DNA of 64,000 nucleotides from Tubiluchus corallicola (taxonomy: Eukaryota > Animalia > Priapulida), in contig JAQGDQ010000479.1 in assembly GCA_030141605.1 (NCBI GenBank), positions 62,001 through 126,000 on the forward strand, read 5' to 3'. Within the stretch, counting starts at the first letter, position 1; each line of letters opens with the position of its first letter. Positions 22,420 to 36,370 of this stretch are shown piece by piece. The notes under the pieces are model-generated. The model was given only the letters and a program-made list of their open reading frames with translations. It did not search any database and was not told where the DNA came from. Made by a program: the position numbers and the translations under genes.

Positions 22420-24021
22420 TTAACTACACAATTGTACACTGTACTTTTTATACACGTAATAGACAAGAAAAAATTCAATTTTCGGAGGTGAGGTAAGGAG
22501 CATGCGGAATGTGGTTAACAGTTCAGAAAGGGATACCTAGAACAGATCCCGTCTCTCTCTCTCTTGTGTATTTTATGCCTCTCATTTGTTTCTAAAATTT
22601 TACTGTAAATATATCAGGTAATCAATTTTTTGCGTGCAAATATTACGCAATTATTGTACGAACGGATTACGCAATGAAAATACAAATGCGACCTGAGTTC
22701 AAGACCCAGTGGTGTACAAATTTTTTTAGACTTTCTAAATTTGCATTGCTTTTTTCTTTTATGGCACAAAAATCAAAATAGAAATTGTAATTGAAAATAT
22801 ATGACATTGCTTTCATACTTACATTCGTTTTCTTCGTGAAAATGACTCAACCGGTTCGAGACTTCATTTTTGTTACGAAAATACACACATTCTCACTATA
22901 TGATGCACTTTTTTCTGAATAAACGCAACATTTATCGCTAAAAATCTTTAAGGATGTAATTTTATACCTGTTTTAATAGAAAATGCATAACGGCTGAAAA
23001 TGGCTTTAAAATACCTAGTAGCATGTGAACACAAATTAATGTCTTTTCGCGGATTCGAGAACAAATCTTAGTTCTACTTAAAAATGTGAACGCACTTCCA
23101 CGTGAACGATGCTTTAAATAATCTCGTGTGAACCCTATTTTATTTCTCTCAAAATAAAATATTTTATTTTACTCTCTATTTTACTTCAGCACAATTGTAA
23201 CACGAATAGAGCCCGTGCTCTTCGCAGAATCCGTGCGAGACAGCAGATACACTAACCTTATTTTCAATATTAACCGGCTACCACACTCATTAATGCTTTA
23301 ACAAGTTGTAAGATTCCATAGGGAGGATGTGCAGAGGAACAGGGACCCCGCAACCCCTTTACACATTGCAACGAAGGGGGGGAGGACGGATGAAGGGGTG
23401 CCATTGGAACCGTGAACGGAAATGAAGCAAACGCGACATGTAAAAAGCAAGTCAACACCAGCAAGGCACGTGCAAATCAAGATGAATTATTTGAAAAAAA
23501 TGGGTGAATATAGAGTGTATGATTTCCCGGTACTCCTCAACCACCTCTGGCGTTGCTTAGCCACGGGAAGTGTGCAATGTGAACAGAAAATAAGATCAGG
23601 TGATTAAAAATAAATGAACCGCCCTGTAAAATAGCAACAGTTGTCAAGAGTGGAGGAATCGGAAATTACTACAGCTCTTGTATTCAATCACTCAAACACG
23701 GCTGTTATTGATTGATGAATATGACGTTGAAGTGTGTTCTGTTTCATAATTACTGCTTAACGACACTGAAGCTAATGTCATGTTGTTCCTAGGTATAGTC
23801 ATCCTCTGATATAAGGGACACCCAGGGCTTATTTCAGCCTAAGCCAGGCCCGGGGAGGTGGGGCGTGTGATGCAGGAAAATTTTTGAACTGCTAGAACGC
23901 CGGAGAAGCATTTTCGAAGAGAAAATATGGAGTTATACAGTTGTTAAAGGAAAGAACAATTGAAAGAAAAACTGCTTTATTCTCAAGACCAGTCCTTAAT
24001 ACTTGTCAATACTGGCAAACG

Positions 24022-24359
<338 letters not shown>

Positions 24360-24384
24360 GCAGTATGTTCGCATAAAGCAAAAA

Positions 24385-24730
24385 TTCATTACATCATTCC
24401 ATTTTAAGCACTATGTTTTTTTGTTTTTTATCAGACGATTCACTTTAAATTTTCAGATTATTTCCATTACTTTTTTTCTTTCACTGTGTGGGACAATCTA
24501 ACAAGCCCTGCTTTTTGATTGCCCGCAACACATTTACCTTCGTGTATAGGTGAACAAGCCCTGCTTTTTGATTGCCCGCAACACATTTACCTTCGTGTAT
24601 AAGTGAACAGTGTTTGAGGCTTTTCCTGTGCAGTATTTCTTATTTGTATTACGTTCATTGTAGGTCCTTTCACTAGATATTGTACATGAAACTATTGTAT
24701 ATGTGTAATAAATGACTTACTTACGACTTA
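24385..24730 (+). mobile_element. CR1/L2-type retroposon 3' end (family D) with an internal ~53-bp duplication
   Basis: Matches 43262-43566; aacaagccctgctttttgattgcccgc occurs twice. Confidence 0.7.
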
Positions 24731-25019
24731 ATATAAATACTAAAAAAAGATGTTGGAGGTTGACATCCTCAAAATGGGTTGTGCAGGCTTCCTCAAAATG
24801 CCTTTATTTTATGCAGGTCTATAGAACTACTATCGCGCACGATTAATTTACAAGACTCGCAACATCTTTATTATAAAGCAAGAGAAAGAAATTTGTGTAC
24901 GGTGACCTACACTTAATTGTATACAATACTTAGTTTTTTACTAGTTGTCACATTGTGCAGCAAAGATTCTAATAGTACTGTAATGACATGTGCGTATGTT
25001 GTCGTGCTGGTGTGATGGT

Positions 25020-25426
25020 TAGGGGTGAGCATCGAACGCTCGAATTCGATTCGAACGAGTTTTTTCAGTTCGAACTCGATTCGAATGCAAAACTATAGAT
25101 TCGAATAATTCAGCACTTCAATCACACATGTTCTTTTTCATTAAAACGATTGAAACATCATGCAATTAGCGTGATTTAGCTGTGATTTCTGTTGCCAATT
25201 TTAAAAAAATTACTAGTCGTTTTATTGCAGAACAAAATCTAGTGATATGCATGATCTTTGTAAGACTAATTTTTAACGGTGGTTCGAAAACTTGTTCGAA
25301 AATTTTTCAATCTCAATTCGAATTCGGTTGGAATACGAAACACTGAAGTTCGGTTCGATTCGAATTCGAAAAACACAAATTCGGTTATATTCGAATTCGC
25401 TTTCTGTTAGAGAATGCTCAGCCCTA
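25020..25426. mobile_element. hAT MITE (family C)
   Basis: TIR TAGGGGTGAGCAT / ATGCTCAGCCCTA; perfect 8-bp TSD gtgatggt. Confidence 0.92.
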
Positions 25427-26138
25427 GTGATGGTATTTTATATCTGGTTAAAATCACTAATATTAAGCACATATGAAATACCATCATACCAGTACGACAA
25501 CATACACACTAATTCAGAATTTATATGTCCACGGCCATATTAATTAAATCATAATTTTTCATTTTTTTGTGAATAGTTGTAACTATTTTTTAGCTTATTC
25601 GTCGTTGTTTTCCATTACTGCACAGTAGTTTAGATTGCACTGACGCACTTACCTTTATCAGTGTAAGTTTTTATTAACTAACACTATCATCCGTGTAAAG
25701 TTAATATTCCGTGATTGTCAATGTATTTTAATGGCAAATAACGATTATTATATATATATATATATCAATCGACTGATTTTCATAAGATAAATAATAAAGA
25801 TTTTATAAAGAAATATACATCTGTTTACTCGAAATCGGTTTAATTTATTTACATAATAAACTATGTAAATAAATTATTTACATAATTACAGCAACTCATT
25901 AACCTATAAGATATAAAAAACGTAGTGAAAACAATACACCCTACAAGTAACATTAAAATAAGTGATGAATATTATTAGTAACTGTAACAGTGCATTATAA
26001 CTAGCCGAGTTAAACAAAGGCAGTATATAGTTACTATATTCGTATGTTACACGTTCAGACAAGCATAATTTATATAATACATGAGTACAATTAAAGCAGG
26101 ATTAGGTATAAAACTAATGAACCTCACAGGTTCTAATG

Positions 26139-26599
26139 CAGGGGTGTGCAAATTGCGGCCCGCGGAGAGATTTGTCAACCTAATGAAAGTGCGGCCCGGG
26201 TGATTAATTGAGTGTATCCAGCTGAAGTCCGTGCCACGATCCCAAAGATAGTGCGGGTAGTTTTTTCTACTAGATCGGATGCCATTAACCCTTACAAGAC
26301 GGTTGTAGCTTAATGTCACTGTACTACACAGACTGTGTGATACACATTACTAATATGCATTGTAATGAAATTACCACTATCTGTCCCGGAAGTAGAAATA
26401 TATGGTTTCTAATATAAATGTTAATAACTTCTAAAATAGTTTCTTGAGTGTAGTAGTGATGATGTACGCAGGTCGGATGCAAAAAAAATCGTTATTAGGC
26501 CTTTCTGTACTTGGCTCCTTGATCAAACTGCCTGTGGCCCACAGGAATTGCGGGAAAGTTTAATGTGGCTCGGCTAGTCAGATAATTTGCACACCCCTG
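26139..26599. mobile_element. hAT (Charlie-like) MITE
   Basis: 16-bp TIR CAGGGGTGTGCAAATT; perfect 8-bp TSD ttctaatg; subterminal CGGCCCGCG. Confidence 0.92.
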
Positions 26600-27535
26600 T
26601 TCTAATGCATAGCAATTTCTAAAATCAGTTTGTTACACTGTTTTGAGGTTAGCAACCAAACTACGTGAACAATCATGGCCGTTTTTGTAAACTGAAGAAA
26701 TGATAAAAAACTGCAGTCGGCGAAATCTGTGTATCAGTGATAGATAACCTTGTTGTTCTGTGAAAGTTCAATTTAAACTAATTCTTGTGTTTTTCTGTTT
26801 AACCTGATCAGCAATGTAGATGGCTTGTATAATCGTATGTGCTTTTACACCAGCAAAATATAACATAACATCGATTAATGTTGATCTACAGTATAAATGC
26901 ACTTATAAAAATCTAAATATGCAACATCTTCGAATGGAATTAACGACAACCAACTAGCTCCACTTCGTTGGACGTTTACTGGACTTCCCCCAAGACAACA
27001 CTTAGTTAAGTTTTTCGCAGTCGCGATAGATGGCAGCACGTCATCTGTTAGGTTGGTCAGTTACACATATAACAGGAATTTCAGCACCTATAAAAAGAAG
27101 GACGGTGATGATAACAAAAAACACCATACAATGCCACGCCTCGCAACTTTGCATTGTAGTATTGTATTGTAGTAACTCAAGGCCTAACAAAACAGAATTG
27201 TACAGTACAACACAGTACAGTAACACTAAACGATATATAGTAAGCGAATTATGCATTGTGTAAACATTTATGTATACAAAAAGAAAAATATTTACTGATT
27301 TACAAACACGATAACCCAGGCACTAATATGGGTTAACATTGTATAGGTAATTATATGTAACATTTATGGGTGTTGTATAATTATGAGTATTATGAATTCC
27401 GAGTATATTATTATGACACAGGTTTGAATAAGTCTCAGAGACATAGTATGAACCTGCCTTAGTAGTCACCTAGTTAACCCTGGAAATTCCAAACATAGGG
27501 CAGAAGTCATAATTAGGTGATTCACACAAGCAGGT

Positions 27536-27578
27536 ACTCTCTCTCTCTCTCTCTCTCTCTTTCTCACTATTTCTCTTT

Positions 27579-27623
<45 letters not shown>

Positions 27624-27666
27624 GAGAGAGAGAGAGAAAGAGAGAGAAAGCAAGGGAGAGAGAGAG

Positions 27667-27748
<82 letters not shown>
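27536..27748. repeat. Adjacent (CT)n and (AG)n microsatellites
   Basis: Direct reading. Confidence 0.95.
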
Positions 27749-27752
<4 letters not shown>

Positions 27753-28908
27753 TTGTTGTGCACTTGTCTATCTCTGCTTTTTGCCTTTGTTTCCTACAAG
27801 CCAATTTTATCAAATTTTCACCAGAATCCACTGTCAGCCAGTCAGCCACAGCTAGGCAATCGAATTTGTTTGTCCTGAAGCAAGTGTTAATAACGCAGCT
27901 AAGTGAACTAGAGAGCATTAGGATTTGTGTCAACCAATGTCACCAGTTTCAAAAATTGATTTAAATACAGATTACCTGATTAATTCCTCATCTGTACCGA
28001 TAAATTGCTAGTTGGTCTGCAAGTACGATAAGTGTTATGGGCAAATTCGTTTTTTATTTTACCCACATGAGGGAGCCAAAACTAAAGGGGACAAGTGGGC
28101 AATTGCTGGCAGACTCAACTGGTTATTGCAGAGACTTACTTGTAATTGGTGGATAATGCAAATTTTTTATATGAGAAATTTAATGTCATGCTTCATACAC
28201 CATAAACAGTGTGCTCTCTCTAGCTGAATGAAGTAAGTGATTTTTGTAAATCTAAGTTTATTAATTAGTTAGCAATTTTCTGTGTAATTTTTTTCCTTCA
28301 AATTTCTGTAGTTTTGTTCAAATTGTACATTACTGCAAATTTTATGTATTTTTTTGTTTTTCTCCTTCTTTAGAGAATAAAGATTGCAGAAACACCTTAT
28401 GCAAAGAACGTTCGTGTTTGCTGTGTTAACAATAAGCGTATATAATGAGTGTAATCTTGTATTATATGATTATACAAACAAACATTCAGCGGTCTGCTGT
28501 CGTCACAAGTCAACACTTTCGTTATCCAAATGTCCTCGCTTCCCACTGTCAGAATCGCTGGATGGCCCTGAAATGATTTTCTTAATGTTTTTGGTCAAGC
28601 TAATCCCACTCTAACAAATGTCTCAGGACAAATATTATTGCTTGTCTAGCAGCGGGCGAAACAGTTGAAGAATTCAGCAGAAATTTTGACAAAACAGCCA
28701 TTAGGAAAAGAAAAAACAGAACGGAGATTGACACATGCATGCAAGCTGTGGGTAACAAAGAAAGAGTTGCTATCTTAGATAATTATTTGCAGAAGTAAAC
28801 GTCGCATGTGGGGGACATACTTAGAGTTAACCACTGCACCTTTTCTTCTTACAAGGGTCATACTTTCTGAGAAAGGGAAGAGAGAGAGGGGGAACGAAGA
28901 GAGGGAGA

Positions 28909-29010
28909 CGCGTGCACACGCACGCACGCACACCCACACGCGCACACACACGCACGCATGCACACATACACACACATGCGCGCGCACATGCACACACACA
29001 CACACGCACG

Positions 29011-29046
<36 letters not shown>
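28909..29046. repeat. (CA)n/(CACG)n microsatellite
   Basis: Direct reading. Confidence 0.95.
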
Positions 29047-29049
<3 letters not shown>

Positions 29050-29066
29050 AATGGTGTCCTAAACTA

Positions 29067-29257
29067 CAGGGTGTTCTAGAAAAAACAGTGCAATAGAAAT
29101 TACGCTGGTCTTGGATGTGTAAAAACCAGTCACATGGTAAAAAATTGAAATGAGGCGCATTTGTGTAATCTACTTTAATTGTGGTGTCCTAATGTTGAAA
29201 CACATGGTAATATTTTTTGTGATTTGAGTATATTTCTGTTTCTTCTGGAACACCCCG
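29067..29257. mobile_element. Tc1/mariner-like MITE
   Basis: TA|CAGGGTGTTCTAGAA ... TTCTGGAACACCCCG|TA. Confidence 0.75.
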
Positions 29258-29557
29258 TACATTAGGCCACTAAAGACCACCACAGGTTGGCAAAACGTAT
29301 AGAAACACACAAGTGAAATACATTCTTTGGTGAAAAAAGAACAATGCAATGGCATAATAATTCAGCGAATCAGCCTCTACTTGTTAAGGATTAAAACTTG
29401 AAATAATGTTGGAAAATCAATCCATTTGTGGTGTGTCGGATAATTGCATTTATCTTAGTATGTATGCGTGATTATGCATGCGCAGACAAGACTGTAGGAT
29501 AAAATGCTTTACTTAGCTAACTTAATCTTGATATTTTCTCCTTCAAATGTTAACTAA

Positions 29558-30083
29558 AAACAATACATTGCAAAGCAATGTAATGCTGTGCAAGCAATGC
29601 AGTGCACTACAATATAATACAATTTTGTGCAGCGTAATGCAATGCAGTGCAATGCAACACAAAACAATGCAATGCGAAACAATTCAATAAAATGCGATAC
29701 AAAACAATACAATGGCAATCCAATGTAACACAATGAAATGTAGTGCAATGCAATACAAAACAATGCAATGTGAAACAATACAATGCAATGGCAATCCAAT
29801 GCAACACAATGCAATGCAGTGCAATGCAATACAAAACAATGCAATGCGAAACAATTCATTGGAATGCGACACAAAACAATACAATGGCAATCCAATGTAA
29901 CACAATGCAATGCAGTGCAATGCAATGCGAAACAATACAATGCAATGGCAATCCAATGCAACACAATGCAATGCAATATGATATGACATGATACGATACG
30001 ACACAATACGATACGAAATGATGCGATATGCGATATGACAAAGATACAATAAAATGGGATACAATAGAATACAATGCAATGCA
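29558..30083. repeat. Degenerate (CAATG/CAATA/GATAC)n pentamer satellite
   Basis: Direct reading; some higher-order duplication. Confidence 0.9.
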
Positions 30084-30636
30084 AAAAAGTTTTCTAGACT
30101 CGCATACAATGATCAAGTAGTTAATGATTTTTATGTAAAATAAATAAGCAAGAGCATAGAGGCAATCAAACGGATTTAGTGTACTGATGTTTCTATAGTA
30201 ATTGTTAGTGAAAATACTTCAATACTTTAACGAAAACAGCATTCACTGCACTACAGTGCATGGATATGAAAAATTACAGCCATTACAGGTGCTCAAAAGT
30301 GATCTATATTGTGAGTAAATGACATAAATGAGAAAAAATGTGCTTACATAACAAATTAAGTATGAACATATAATCCAGTGCCATAGTGCAGAAAGTGTTA
30401 GTTGTTGAGATCAGTCCACTCCACATTGTGCACACGAAACGGTAAAGGTTAGAGCCGTTATTCCAGTGTTGCATAAGGTGCCTCAAGTGAATAGGAACAA
30501 TCTGTGTAGAATAGGATCGCAGATGTTAGTGTGTTAGTTTGGTGGAAGCACCAGGATACGGCACCAAGAAGTGAAAAAAGTAACCAATAACCGGAACGTT
30601 CCCTGGAAACAGAAGTAGTGAAATTTTACATGCAAT

Positions 30637-33240
30637 TCAGTCCAGCATTTTAGTTAGTAAGGCATCTGTTATATCAAAGTACGAATCAATCTCACAGCAC
30701 ATACCCATTATTTGGTCCCTAAGTTGGGCTTTTTCGTCGTCTGTCACAGGTTGTTCAACTCTGTCCGCTGCCATCAAAAACTGAGTCTTTGGGGGCGACT
30801 TCAGTGGCACGTCACTCATGCTTCTCACAATCTGAGGGTGATGATTGGTAAAACTGTTGCATTTGGGTATTGTTGGATACCCAGTTAGAGAAACACTGGA
30901 TGCATCATTGTTGTGTTCTTTACAATATGCGTCTAAATTGTCATCAACTGCTGAACCGGGTCTGGAGTCTTTAACATCAGATGGAGGGACAGTCACCAAT
31001 GAATCCTGCTTACCAAAAGTTGAAAGTTCATTTCTTTTATTAAACTCATTAAGCCTGAAGTTAAGTTCCTCCTCAATGCTAGCATTGAGATTAATACTTG
31101 ATGGTGGCCGAAACCCGAAGTCCGAACCGTCGGTGAAGGACAAGTTATGAGACAGCGGGGAGTCTATTGAATCTTGTGCAACTTGCTGATACTGTCCTTT
31201 CTGCAGTGTGTTCAGATAGGTCCTAAATGGACTGTTTGGAGAGCACATGGAATCAGCATCAGTAAGGTCTTCATCGGTTATAACAACACCTTGCCATGGA
31301 TCGTTGTGATCCTTTCGAAACCTGATGAAACCATTCTCGCTGACAATCATTGATGTTGGCCTAGAAGGTTTGCCTTTTGAGGATGCACGTGATGACTTTG
31401 ACATATCAGATGCATTTGATACAGGCCGAAGTGTTTTTAGTGGAGTGTTGCTGGGTAAGCCATTCTCCATTAGTTGCTGTAGTGGCACTTCATCCAGTTT
31501 TTTCTGCTTGTTTCCATAATAATTGTCCACTAGACAAGTCTTGGTATTTTCAACCCACAGCGGAGATGTGCCAGAAGGAAGTGGTTTTTCACTTTTCTTC
31601 CAGAATTTACAAGAACAGGTGCAACATTTGTGCCGATGCTGAAACAGTGGTTGCCTAGCAACAAAAGCAATAGCTACGCACATGAATAATTCGCACATTC
31701 GAAATCCAAACTCGTAGCCACACCAAGTCCAGGGATCGGGGGAAAGGCACAAGTTTAACACATACACACAGGCTAATGAAAGGCACTTGAAAGCTCCACA
31801 CAGAGCACAGAATACTGCTATTGACAAGGTCACCCAAATGCTCTTAGTTATGGACACCTTCGGCCACTTTTTGAGCGTTGTTACACCGGAAATCGTAACA
31901 TCTGTCACACTGCTGTGGCGTTTAATGTCTTTTTGTCTTTTAATTGCAGCTCGGCGTAGTTTTGAAAAGGAACACACAAACAGCAATGGTAACGTGAAAG
32001 ACAAGAGAATGAATGTCACGTCAAATATGAACAACAATGTCGCTACAATCGAAAATACACACGTCACAACAATAGTGGCAATCAACAGAGAAAAGTTCAA
32101 CAATATCACAGTCAGCATCACTGCCACGTTTTGAACGTTTGCAGGCATTAGTTTCAATTTTGTTCTTTGTAGAAAAGCGAAATGCAAAACCATAAAGCAG
32201 GATGTCAAACAAACGAATGTGACATTGTGTAGAAGGTACGCTAGCCAAAATGGCAGAATGCCTTCCATATTATATGGGTCAATGAATAAGTACGCTGCTC
32301 TTGTTGAGCCGATGACTAAGAGAAAAAGGTTCAACGATATAAAACATCCTCTGCCGACCATGTACAAATCACGGACCAACACCAAGCTGAACAGTGAATA
32401 AAGTCCTGTCACTGCAAACATGGCACCCATGCCGTATGCATGAACGTACCAAACCGCGAACCATCTTTGGTCAACATTGCGTAAGCTTGGAAGAATCCTT
32501 GTGTACGAAACATTAGTGAAAGGATTGCCAATTGAAAAAAGCGTGGTTTTGGCAGTCGTGATTGATTCCACTGTTGTTGGCACAAATGTGCTACTGTCAA
32601 AAGTTGTTGCATTATGGTCTAGTGGTGTCATCGTTTCAGCTACGAACTCTTCCGTTGTTTCATTAAAATTGGTTTTAACGTCTGACAATGTGGTCTCTTC
32701 TCGAAGACCAATGTGTGGAGTTTGCGAGGAACTAATTACCTCACCTGCAGTTTTAACATCTGCATAATTTATGGATATTTTGTTTTTTAATTGTTTAGAT
32801 TTTTTGCTTATTCGTGTTGTTGTTTTCAGAAAATCCGTGTGGCGAGTGGGAATCACTGAGTCACTCTCGCTGGATTCTGATTCGTTTACTAGGACAGCTA
32901 CTGTAGTTGACTGTAGTTCGCCAAAAATTTCTGACACTTTTTCCACTGTTGGAGTAGAAACCGTCCCGTCAAAGGTAAAATCTTTAACTGAGTCGCCTTC
33001 TGTGCTATTTAAATCTCTGGGGACAGCAACGTTCTCGTAAACATGAACCACTTCAACCGTTCGTCCGGCATCATCAATGTTTTCTACAGCTTCTAAGAAT
33101 GGTACAATCGTTTCATTAAGCCTAGGTAGGGCAAGATCAACAGCTGTGTGTCCACTACCTTCTTCGCTACCAGATCCAAAATCTGGCTTTGCTATCTTAA
33201 CCATGAGCAGCAGTGTTTGTAGTATGAGGATCTTAGCCAT
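30637..33240 (-). CDS. PRRT3/PRRT4-like multi-pass (about 7 TM) membrane protein, single coding exon, 867 aa
   Basis: First ATG at 33240 (the track start is a TTG). Signal-peptide-like MAKILILQTLLLMVKIA, then an S/T-rich stalk. Membrane block WYVHAYGMGAMF...TRAAYLFIDPY...LPFWLAYLL...WTWCGYEFGFRMCE resembles the PRRT3/4 membrane domain. Long S/P-rich tail; splice acceptor at 33382-33383 upstream of the ATG. Confidence 0.85.
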   Translation of the reverse strand: MAKILILQTLLLMVKIAKPDFGSGSEEGSGHTAVDLALPRLNETIVPFLEAVENIDDAGRTVEVVHVYENVAVPRDLNSTEGDSVKDFTFDGTVSTPTVEKVSEIFGELQSTTVAVLVNESESSESDSVIPTRHTDFLKTTTRISKKSKQLKNKISINYADVKTAGEVISSSQTPHIGLREETTLSDVKTNFNETTEEFVAETMTPLDHNATTFDSSTFVPTTVESITTAKTTLFSIGNPFTNVSYTRILPSLRNVDQRWFAVWYVHAYGMGAMFAVTGLYSLFSLVLVRDLYMVGRGCFISLNLFLLVIGSTRAAYLFIDPYNMEGILPFWLAYLLHNVTFVCLTSCFMVLHFAFLQRTKLKLMPANVQNVAVMLTVILLNFSLLIATIVVTCVFSIVATLLFIFDVTFILLSFTLPLLFVCSFSKLRRAAIKRQKDIKRHSSVTDVTISGVTTLKKWPKVSITKSIWVTLSIAVFCALCGAFKCLSLACVYVLNLCLSPDPWTWCGYEFGFRMCELFMCVAIAFVARQPLFQHRHKCCTCSCKFWKKSEKPLPSGTSPLWVENTKTCLVDNYYGNKQKKLDEVPLQQLMENGLPSNTPLKTLRPVSNASDMSKSSRASSKGKPSRPTSMIVSENGFIRFRKDHNDPWQGVVITDEDLTDADSMCSPNSPFRTYLNTLQKGQYQQVAQDSIDSPLSHNLSFTDGSDFGFRPPSSINLNASIEEELNFRLNEFNKRNELSTFGKQDSLVTVPPSDVKDSRPGSAVDDNLDAYCKEHNNDASSVSLTGYPTIPKCNSFTNHHPQIVRSMSDVPLKSPPKTQFLMAADRVEQPVTDDEKAQLRDQIMGMCCEIDSYFDITDALLTKMLD

Positions 33241-35911
33241 TCCCTCATATATTCCCAAATTTTACTCAACACTTCATTGACAGAATACGCAAATCATTCA
33301 GAATTTTCAATCCATTGCAATTTGCCCATGGGTGTGGCAGACTGACCTACGGTCTTTCACGTACTGTCGATACGGGTACTCCTGAAAAAAATACAGAAAT
33401 TTTAATTTTAAAGTAGCATTACTGAACATCATAAATATGTCATTAATATAGTTTAATGAACAAAACCAGTAACATTGCCAAATTTCGTTTAGCAGTGAGC
33501 ATTTAGCAGACTAGGTGACTTTATATAGTCTTTTCGCTATCCTTTCTCTAGTTCTAGATCTATCTATTCATTTTAACCATTCTTCAAAACTTATTAGCGA
33601 ATCTTTTATTAATCATGTTTCATTGTAGTATTATAAAGGGATAAATAAATTAAAATTGAATTGAATTAAATTTTCTGTTTATACGTAAAGGTAGCCAAAG
33701 TGATATATAAGGGAAAAGACAAATGTGTGCTTGCATAGCAAAATCGTCCATAACTCGGCAATTAACTTTTACAGTTATTCATATATCCTCAATCTCCATT
33801 TCACGAGGATCATTTTGATACCAAGCTCATTGCTCTAAGTTATTTCTCAGCTGAGATAATCCACGTTGAAGTTGAAGTGCAGGTTATGCAGTGGAAAACA
33901 TAATCTTGAAACCAGGTTATGCACTGGAAAATCGCTATTAAAGTTAGCCATTGTTTTTTGTCGCGTCTCTACAAAACACTTAGCAACCGTACGAAAGTGT
34001 GGTTGCTATGGACTTTGCAAGAACACATTGAAGTTACGTTTAAATCCAGTAGATGGCTCTTCCTGACGAAGATTTGGGCTTCATTATTTGGGCAAAATGA
34101 CTGCTTCCACTAACAACTAACTGGGTTTAAAAATGAGTGCTTTTACAACTGCACTACTAGTTTCTAGACAGAAAGTTGGTAAGGGGTTATAAAATTAAAT
34201 TTTTAGTGTTTTGAACACTTTCCTGATAATTTAATGCTAGAATATAAAAGAAAAATATATTTAGCGTTATTTTAAACAAAATACGAAAAACTGGCATTTT
34301 ACTTCGAAGCATCATAACATAGTTTTAACTATGCCGAGCTATGGACAGTTTTGGTTTTGCAAGCACACAAATAATAATGGTAAGAGAATTCCTACTTGAA
34401 GAATTACTGCTATGGGGATCATAGACACAATAAACGTTGTTAGGGCTTTCAGAAAAAACAAATAGAAATTCGAAGTCTCGATTAAATTTTGTTCTTTCTT
34501 CCCCAAAACATGTCATTCCATCTAAACATAAGAAATTAGTGCCAAAAAATAACAAATAAACAAATAACAAAAAATAACAATAGTCAAAAGTCAATTTTAC
34601 ATAATTAAGAGTCATACACTGTACTGTCGTATTAATTAATACCTAGCTGTTATTTTAAAGCAAATTTAAGTATTTTAAAGTAATTAGAGGATATACATAC
34701 GTTATTAGCCCCAAATCATTAGCAATTGTAAACAGATAACGACAATATCTTATCAACTTATCACGACACGTCTTCACTTCACAGTAGGCCTCTGACCCAG
34801 ATCAAATTGATCACGTGATTAGGCCAAAAAAACGCCTCAAGGTGGCCAAAGCCGACAACAAGCGAAGGCAGCAAAGCACGCCAATGCAAGATTTCTAGTA
34901 CAAACGTATTACAGCTGTAGCAATAAGTCTCTCTTATTTACAGCTTTTTGACTCACTCTAGACACCTTGCAACCTGTTTCAAGACATTGGATTAATAATT
35001 CAATGACGTTAACATTTTTGTTGACTTGCGGTGACATTTATGGTTTGATATGATTTAGTGTCTGGGTCTCAGAAAGCGCTTGAATGTGAAACAGGCCACT
35101 AAGAAATTCAAGTGTCACACCGTGAAGTTTCAGCTCTGAAATAAATCGCATGAGTGAAATTTTTTACACGTCTGCTCTCCTTAAGATCAACAGTAATAAA
35201 AAACGCAACCGGTTTTGTGACCACAGTCGTGTCAGAAAGTGTTAAATTTTTATGAAATAAGCCCACTGACAGAATCAAGTCCAGAGGATTTTGTTCTAAA
35301 CAGATCTTATGGCGCGTTCAGAATAGAAAGTTTTCTCGCAACTTGTTGCGCAACTTCTGTCTATGATTATCAACTTGCGCAAGAACTCTCAGCAACTCTC
35401 GCTGAGTTTGCAATAAGTACACACCAATATACTAGTATACGGTGTACATAACTTTTATGTATTTTGAAAAGTAGAACGCTTGTTTTATGTGATTAAAAAG
35501 CTTATAACTTGATCAGTCGATTCACATTTGTTTCATTATGCCGCTAAACCGATTGCAGAGTTACTTACTCTTAGGCCTACATTGCGCACAGCGACATCTT
35601 TGCAAAAAAACTTCAATTATCACTTAAAGGGCACAACCTTTTTTGACACCAAAATCATTTATGCAGAATATCTTACTCGACATAAGTCATTAGAAGCTAC
35701 CACTAAACGTTTCAAAGCTTATAATCCAGAGAAAATATTCATTTGGTGTGCTCTATCTGCTACTGTGAAGGGTGGGTCCTGGCCCTTTGGGCCCACCCCC
35801 TAAATCCGCCACTGCCGCTTCACGAAGCTCACCTCTAACCAATCCAATACGAGTCATCAACACAACATCAAAATTTCCCAGCCCAATCAATATCTTCGCA
35901 GCTGCTATTAA

Positions 35912-36370
35912 GCCTTTCAGTCCCAAATTATTTTTTAATAAGAAAACATTTTTTTGATTTAGTACTTTTGTTCAGTATGTCCATCTTGTTTAGACATAAT
36001 AATTATTTTTTTCTACCTGTGCCCGGTTGCTAAATATAGCCTGTGTCCCATGGGATGCATTGGGATTCAATGGAAGCATAAAATGTGCTTCATTTTGCAA
36101 CTGCTGATAATTATTTAAAGTATTTAAGACATTTAGTACGCACGCTATGCTGATCTGTACAAAGTCGTCTCTAAAGTACTGTATCTTGCACAGTTTTTTA
36201 TGCTACGTAGAATTTCTAGTTTGCTATTTTATCACCATTTTAGTCTATTGTTATTGGCTTAAATCAAAATAACTATTAACAGATCAAATAACTGTCAGTT
36301 TTAAAATTTTATTAATTTTAAAGGCAGAAAATATTCTCGTATCCCACGGGATACAACGGGTATGAAAGTG
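35912..36370 (-). mobile_element. piggyBac-like MITE (family F)
   Basis: TTAA on both sides; inverted copy of 58587-59043. Confidence 0.85.

Noticed and set aside
33241-33258. ORF-track start at 33258
   Set aside because: It is a TTG; the ATG at 33240 begins the signal-peptide-like segment.
30845-33280. Several + strand ORFs overlapping the PRRT3-like gene
   Set aside because: Antisense shadows of a long coding exon, with no recognisable motifs.
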